In this document: piece after piece, positions 59,417-64,000 of the stretch
Numbering within the stretch: position 1 is the first letter of the stretch
Layout of the letters: every line of letters starts with the position of its first letter
From: Candidatus Parcubacteria bacterium
GTDB lineage: Bacteria > Patescibacteriota > Minisyncoccia > SURF-38
Reading direction: 5' to 3'
Assembly: GCA_003599335.1 (NCBI GenBank)
Contig: QZJN01000001.1
Coordinates: 6,167 to 70,166, forward strand
DNA length: 64,000 nucleotides
Translations under genes and position numbers: made by a program
Notes under the pieces: generated by a model
Seen by the model: only the letters and a program-made list of their open reading frames with translations
The model's database searches: none
Told to the model about the DNA's origin: nothing

Positions 59417-62320
59417 ATGTCTTCGTTACGACAATTAAAGCAACAAATAAAATTCAGTTTAAACAATTTGAAAGCTGAAAACTCCCATCATGATTTTGAG
59501 GCTATTTGTCGACATTTTGCACGAAAACGATTAGGCCTGAATATAATTCCCGCTACAGGGCCCGTTTCAGCTGGAGGAGACCAGGGGAGAGATTTCGAAA
59601 CTTATGAAATATTACCAGAGGCAGTTCCAGAACTTCGAGGAACAAGACAGGTTATAGACAAGAAAGCCGCTTTTGCTTGCACTACGCAGGCCGAAGGTCT
59701 TTTATCCAAGATAAAAGCGGATGTTAATAAAATTATTACTCAAGGTAATAGGGTTGATATAGTTTATTTTTTTTCAGTGCAGGATCTACCTGTGTCCGAG
59801 CGGCACGATCTGCAAAAGTGGGCACTAGAAACACATAAAATTACCTTAGAAGTTTTTGATGGCGAAGCGCTTTCTGAAGACCTGACTGAGAGAGACTTAT
59901 TTTGGGTAGCCCAGGAATATTTACATATTCCTGCCGAGTTATTCCCACCCGTTGATAATATTGATTACTTGAAGCTGAAAGAAAAGTGGGAAACGAGAGA
60001 GTTGTCAGTTCCCAATTACGCCGAATTCGACGAGATAAAAAGCTTAGCTAGGAAATCATTATTCGATAAATCCCTGAATCAAGATATTCCATTTTGGTTA
60101 GATAAGTTGGCAAAGTTCGCAGCAATTAAAGATATTTCCTCGGAATTTAAGAGGAAAGCTCTTTATGAGTTAATAGCCATTCGCATGAGGGGCATGCGCG
60201 ACATGGTTGGTTGGGAGCATTACACGCACGAATACTTTGCAGCTCATGAGAGTTTTAACCATCAAGTTGAAGCGCAAGAGGCCACGGTTGTTTTAGGGTA
60301 TGCCTTCGGGGCATCAGTAAGAGGGGCGGCAAATTTTGAAGAGAGTCAATTAAAGACGTGGATCAAGCTTATCGAGGATTATACGGATCACGAGCTAAGT
60401 AAAGATTATCCCGTTGCAATAAGGGCAGTTTTATACGAATTAAAAGGTCATCAACTACTTACTAATCCGTACAATAGGAAAATTGATGAAGGGTTGGATT
60501 GGTGGCTCAAGCTTGTTGATCTTATTGAGCAATCACCATTATTCCCACTTGAAAGATTTTCTGATGTTCTGACCGTTCTCATTCCGCTTATAGGTGACCA
60601 TCCAAAATTTGAAGAATTGAAAATCAAAACCGATGCTCTTATCGCACAACGAATAGGTGGTTTTGCGGTTGCTGATAAATGCAGAGATAGAGCAATTGAG
60701 TATAGAAAAAACGATGAATTGTTAAAAGCCCTTCGAGAATTTCATAGTGCCAAGATAAATTGGTTTGCAAACGAAACTCTATATGGATCATTGCTTTCAA
60801 TGATGATCATATCGGAGACCTACTTTGAGCTAGGTCTTTTATTTGCGGCAAAATACTACGCTATGGCAGTTACTTTTGTTGCGAGTCGTTCTCCAGATGA
60901 CAAAATAAAGCCATTCATTACCAGAGGGCTTTCACAGGTTGCGGAAATCGAATACGGCAATGGCGAATGGGGTCATTTTATGGAACACGCCGATCTAAGC
61001 CTGAGGTCTTTAGGTGTACACTCGAAGACCATTGAAGATCCAATTTCTGAAAAGATTTATGAGAAAACACTGTTTTACTCTTCAATGGTTTATGTTTTTG
61101 CGAAGGTACTTGATGGTAAGAAACTTTTTAATTATGTGGCAGATAGAGTTAAGAAATGGAATATTTCTGAGCTTAACGATGATTTGATTCCGATAGCAGA
61201 GAAAACCTGGGCAGAGGTTAAAGCAGAAAATATGCTTGAGAAAATCAAAGCCTCGCTTGAGGGCAGACCGTTTAATGATGTTGGATCTACCCGATCTGTT
61301 TTGTGGGAAGCATGCGGGATTAGTTGGAAGTGTTCTTGGAACAATACGTTAAGGGGATGCGCGAGAGCAGAACATTTTATATCGCTAGTCCAAATAATTC
61401 TTGCGGATATCGCAGATAGAGATTTTTACTTATTAAAAACAGACGCACAAATAAAGTTCATTTTCACAGATAAGTTTCATATCGAGCGGGTGCCTACAAA
61501 TGATTATGTCGCGTGGGATATATATCTTCCAACGCATAATCCAGATGGAAGGAGGGAAATTGAGGAATATCATGCGCAAATTCTAAGTATGGCAGCTGCA
61601 GTCATTGCTGATTTGTCTTTGTTACCATCCGAACAGACACTAGAGAAAATCAAGGATTTATATAAGCAAGGTCTTGTGTCGAAAGCGCTGTCAGGAAATT
61701 CTTATGAAGTTTTGTACATCGACTTGAACCCCGAAGAGTTATTTAATGAACTGATCTCATTACCACAATTAGACTATTTGCAGTCTATGGAGATAGGGAA
61801 TAAGCCCCATAAATTACTAAACTGGGAGAGCTCTTTATTAAAAGGATACAGCCCAAAAGAAGAGCGTGAGAAGATTGAAAATAGGTATACGCGATCAATA
61901 TTGCCAATAAGGAAGACTATTGAAAAATTAAAGAAGGACCCAAAATTTCAAGAGATGGTAAAGAGATTAAGGTCGGATGGATGGAAAGATTGGCACATTC
62001 TTATGTCATTGGGGATGATTGCTGTAAATTTTCGCGTTAATAAGATAGGCTACAAGTCGTTTGAATCCATGCGAGAACTATTTGTTAAGGAGATGAACAC
62101 TGAAGAAACGAATGATTCAACCCCAGTTCCCCTTGAAGAATTCAACGAAAAAGCACTTAGACTGTCACTGTTCATGAGTATGCCGTCGACTCTCAAAATC
62201 TTTGGGCTTGAGATTAAGACTCAAACACCAAATTCCAAGGCACTTGAGCATTTTTTGGCAAAGAGGCTTAATTATTGGAATAACGATATCGAGCACAAAG
62301 ATATCCTTGCTGTTTCTTAG
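59417..62320 (+). CDS. 967-aa protein with N-terminal PD-(D/E)xK-like domain and helical/TPR-like body; putative defence protein
   Basis: DFEAIC...GPVSAGGDQGRDFET...KIKAD pattern resembling Mrr-type restriction endonuclease domains; no P-loop seen. Confidence 0.6.
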   Translation: MSSLRQLKQQIKFSLNNLKAENSHHDFEAICRHFARKRLGLNIIPATGPVSAGGDQGRDFETYEILPEAVPELRGTRQVIDKKAAFACTTQAEGLLSKIKADVNKIITQGNRVDIVYFFSVQDLPVSERHDLQKWALETHKITLEVFDGEALSEDLTERDLFWVAQEYLHIPAELFPPVDNIDYLKLKEKWETRELSVPNYAEFDEIKSLARKSLFDKSLNQDIPFWLDKLAKFAAIKDISSEFKRKALYELIAIRMRGMRDMVGWEHYTHEYFAAHESFNHQVEAQEATVVLGYAFGASVRGAANFEESQLKTWIKLIEDYTDHELSKDYPVAIRAVLYELKGHQLLTNPYNRKIDEGLDWWLKLVDLIEQSPLFPLERFSDVLTVLIPLIGDHPKFEELKIKTDALIAQRIGGFAVADKCRDRAIEYRKNDELLKALREFHSAKINWFANETLYGSLLSMMIISETYFELGLLFAAKYYAMAVTFVASRSPDDKIKPFITRGLSQVAEIEYGNGEWGHFMEHADLSLRSLGVHSKTIEDPISEKIYEKTLFYSSMVYVFAKVLDGKKLFNYVADRVKKWNISELNDDLIPIAEKTWAEVKAENMLEKIKASLEGRPFNDVGSTRSVLWEACGISWKCSWNNTLRGCARAEHFISLVQIILADIADRDFYLLKTDAQIKFIFTDKFHIERVPTNDYVAWDIYLPTHNPDGRREIEEYHAQILSMAAAVIADLSLLPSEQTLEKIKDLYKQGLVSKALSGNSYEVLYIDLNPEELFNELISLPQLDYLQSMEIGNKPHKLLNWESSLLKGYSPKEEREKIENRYTRSILPIRKTIEKLKKDPKFQEMVKRLRSDGWKDWHILMSLGMIAVNFRVNKIGYKSFESMRELFVKEMNTEETNDSTPVPLEEFNEKALRLSLFMSMPSTLKIFGLEIKTQTPNSKALEHFLAKRLNYWNNDIEHKDILAVS

Positions 62321-62329
62321 AATATTCAA

Positions 62330-62521
62330 ATGAGTAGACGATCATTTCATGGCAACTTAGGTTCATTACTCAACAAGCTGTTTACGCTGGTCATTTTTCT
62401 GATTCTGTTCAAGCTTTTTGGAGATTCGGTTTTAGATGCCGCTGTGATAGGATTGATATCATTAGCGGTTTATCCTTTAGTCGGAATGCTTTTAAGAGCC
62501 GTCGGGATATGGCGTTACTAA
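62330..62521 (+). CDS. Small two-TM membrane protein
   Basis: 63 aa with two hydrophobic segments. Confidence 0.6.
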   Translation: MSRRSFHGNLGSLLNKLFTLVIFLILFKLFGDSVLDAAVIGLISLAVYPLVGMLLRAVGIWRY

Positions 62522-62537
62522 CGGCAAAGATACAAAT

Positions 62538-62702
62538 ATGGGTATAATGGCACCAAAAATTGAAAGCGCGGAAGCTCTTAAGGCTATAGCAAAAGAGGCT
62601 AGTAAGGCTTGGTATTTGAAGCCTGAAATTTGGATAGGAATTGTGGCCAATGTAATTGCCATCGGTGCGCTGGTCGTTGCCGTAATTGCCTTGCAGAAAT
62701 GA
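62538..62702 (+). CDS. Small protein with C-terminal TM
   Basis: MGIMAPKIESAEALKAIAKEASKAWYLKPEIWIGIVANVIAIGALVVAVIALQK. Confidence 0.55.
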   Translation: MGIMAPKIESAEALKAIAKEASKAWYLKPEIWIGIVANVIAIGALVVAVIALQK

Positions 62703-62746
62703 CCTTCCCATTGGTATCGCATATCAAAAAATGCCATGGGAAATGA
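62703..62746 (+). other. Right attachment junction with the displaced original secA 3' end
   Basis: ...TGGTATCGCATA-TCAA-AAAATGCCATGGGAAATGA encodes KKCHGK*; flanking imperfect palindrome TTCCCA.TGGTAT / ATGCCATGGGAA. Confidence 0.8.
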
Positions 62747-62750
62747 TCAT

Positions 62751-62900
62751 ATGAGATGTCCAAAATGTAGCCAAGAAATGTTTATAAAACGAGAAGATAC
62801 AAGTTCTGATTCCAGAAATAATAAGCAATACGACCGTAAAGTGTACTGGTGTAAAAAGGATGATGTATGGGTCAGCATCGAGATTCCGAAAGAAGTATAA
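62751..62900 (+). CDS. Small Zn-ribbon-like protein
   Basis: MRCPKCSQEM...YWCKKDDVWV; starts 4 nt after the original secA stop. Confidence 0.6.
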   Translation: MRCPKCSQEMFIKREDTSSDSRNNKQYDRKVYWCKKDDVWVSIEIPKEV

Positions 62901-62908
62901 AAAATACC

Positions 62909-63397
62909 ATGGGAAATAGAGAACTTTTAGTAGTAAAGAAGAATAAGAAAGGTTATGGAGTGTACGCTGGTAGGATGTATAAAAAGGGAGAGGTAATTTG
63001 TGTAATGCATGGTAAAAAGAAAACACCTCATACACTTCATTACCATGGGGCAAGTTTTCGTGAAGCCCAAATAAACCCTCTCCAGATTGGCCCAAAAACA
63101 TACTTGGAGCTGCGAGCGCCTTATCGGTATTTCAATCATTCTTGCCAGCCCAATGCTGGAGTACAAGATTCTTCAAAACTTTTTGCATTAAAGCCCATTA
63201 AGAAGGGTGAAGAAGTTACTTTTGACTACTCTACAACAATTGATGAAAGTTTCTTCTGTAAATGCGGTTCTAAAAGATGTCGTGGAGTTATTGCCGACTT
63301 TTTTGCTCTTCCGTTAAAATTACAGAAGTTTTACATTCGGCAGAAAGCAGTGCCGGCGTTTATTGAAAAGAAATACAAAGTTCGTTATGGAAAGTAA
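62909..63397 (+). CDS. SET domain protein with post-SET cysteines
   Basis: GYGVYA, YFNHSCQPN, IKKGEEVTFDY, CKCGSKRCRG. Confidence 0.9.
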   Translation: MGNRELLVVKKNKKGYGVYAGRMYKKGEVICVMHGKKKTPHTLHYHGASFREAQINPLQIGPKTYLELRAPYRYFNHSCQPNAGVQDSSKLFALKPIKKGEEVTFDYSTTIDESFFCKCGSKRCRGVIADFFALPLKLQKFYIRQKAVPAFIEKKYKVRYGK

Positions 63398-63737
63398 AAA
63401 ATACACCCTAAGATTTCGGAGGGTAAATCGGGATACTTTTTTGCAAATAAAGAAAGGCACGAAAAAAGTTGAAACTCGGGCCGCAACCAAAAAGTATAAA
63501 GATATTAAGGTTGGCGATACATTAGTTTTTGCATGCGAAAAAGAAAGGTTTCAACGAAAAGCAAAGAGGGTTAATTATTTTAAATCGGTTTTGGCAATGC
63601 TGAAAAAATACAAGGTTAAAGACGTAGAGCCTAAGCTTTCAAAAAAAGATGATTTGGAGGAGAAATATAATAGCTACCCCAAATATAAAGAAAAAATTAA
63701 GAAGTTCGGCTTAGTAGCTTTAGAGTTAAAAAAATAA
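63387..63737 (+). CDS. ASCH domain protein
   Basis: IKKGTKKVETR...IKVGDTLVF...GLVALEL. Confidence 0.82.
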   Translation: MESKKYTLRFRRVNRDTFLQIKKGTKKVETRAATKKYKDIKVGDTLVFACEKERFQRKAKRVNYFKSVLAMLKKYKVKDVEPKLSKKDDLEEKYNSYPKYKEKIKKFGLVALELKK

Positions 63738-63749
63738 CAAAGGGCCAGT

Positions 63750-64000
63750 ATGAAACATATCAAGAGTATAATTATTTTGGTTTTATTACAGGTTGGATTA
63801 GATGTTTTGTTTGTAAAACTATACCCCTCAGTGAATCCTATACGGGCGACTTTTATTGGCATTAGTGCGTTTTTGGTCTTATGGATTTTTAGACGATACA
63901 ATTTTGTAAATCCATTGGTTGGGTTTGCCTCAATATACTCTTCGGCATTGTTCGGTGCACTTTTGGTTCAAGCTGGAGTGTTAATTTCAAAATCTTTTTT
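63750..64000 (+). CDS. Membrane protein (3' end outside window)
   Basis: ATG 63750, open to the window end; MKHIKSIIILVLLQVGLDVLF... is hydrophobic. Confidence 0.55.
   Translation, partial: MKHIKSIIILVLLQVGLDVLFVKLYPSVNPIRATFIGISAFLVLWIFRRYNFVNPLVGFASIYSSALFGALLVQAGVLISKSF

Larger units (their letters stand above)
50138..62727. mobile_element. Integrative defence element (12.6 kb) inserted by a large serine recombinase into the 3' end of secA
   Basis: Shared TCAA core at 50138-50141 and 62724-62727; displaced secA end AAA AAA TGC CAT GGG AAA TGA at 62726-62746; recombinase at the left end; visible composition shift. Confidence 0.85.

Noticed and set aside
50163-62727. Prophage or conjugative element
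   Set aside because: No structural, terminase, relaxase or T4SS genes lie between the junctions.

Overview
AT-rich bacterial DNA read with the standard genetic code (TGA used as stop). Gene content and style suggest a Patescibacteria/CPR (Parcubacteria-like) genome; this is inference, not a database result. From left to right the window contains: (1) a surface-protein cluster (giant repeat protein, dockerin-like protein, two cohesin-like membrane proteins, Ig-like membrane protein); (2) SIMPL, RNase H-like and htrA genes; (3) a 314-bp inverted-repeat cassette with a frameshifted GIY-YIG nuclease, flanked by TTAG and abutting a CIRCE operator upstream of clpB; (4) a wHTH gene, a ~400-nt highly structured leader and a 1154-aa S-layer-like protein; (5) an O-antigen-ligase/TPR protein and a ~25-kb glycan cluster (9 glycosyltransferases, 2 AsnB-like amidotransferases, carbamoyltransferase, 5 methyltransferases, flippase, epimerase, priming transferase); (6) murB, hpf and secA with several structured intergenic RNA candidates; (7) a complete 12.6-kb large-serine-recombinase element inserted in the last codons of secA. 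Both junctions of this element are visible: the displaced original secA end (KKCHGK*) is at 62726-62746, and the element supplies a synonymously recoded replacement. The element carries a ~480-nt pseudoknot-rich non-coding region, a second structured RNA before a 47-aa membrane peptide, a Type I R-M system and a 967-aa putative nuclease, but no recognisable replication, conjugation or capsid genes. All base-pairing was read by eye; no folding or homology searches were run.
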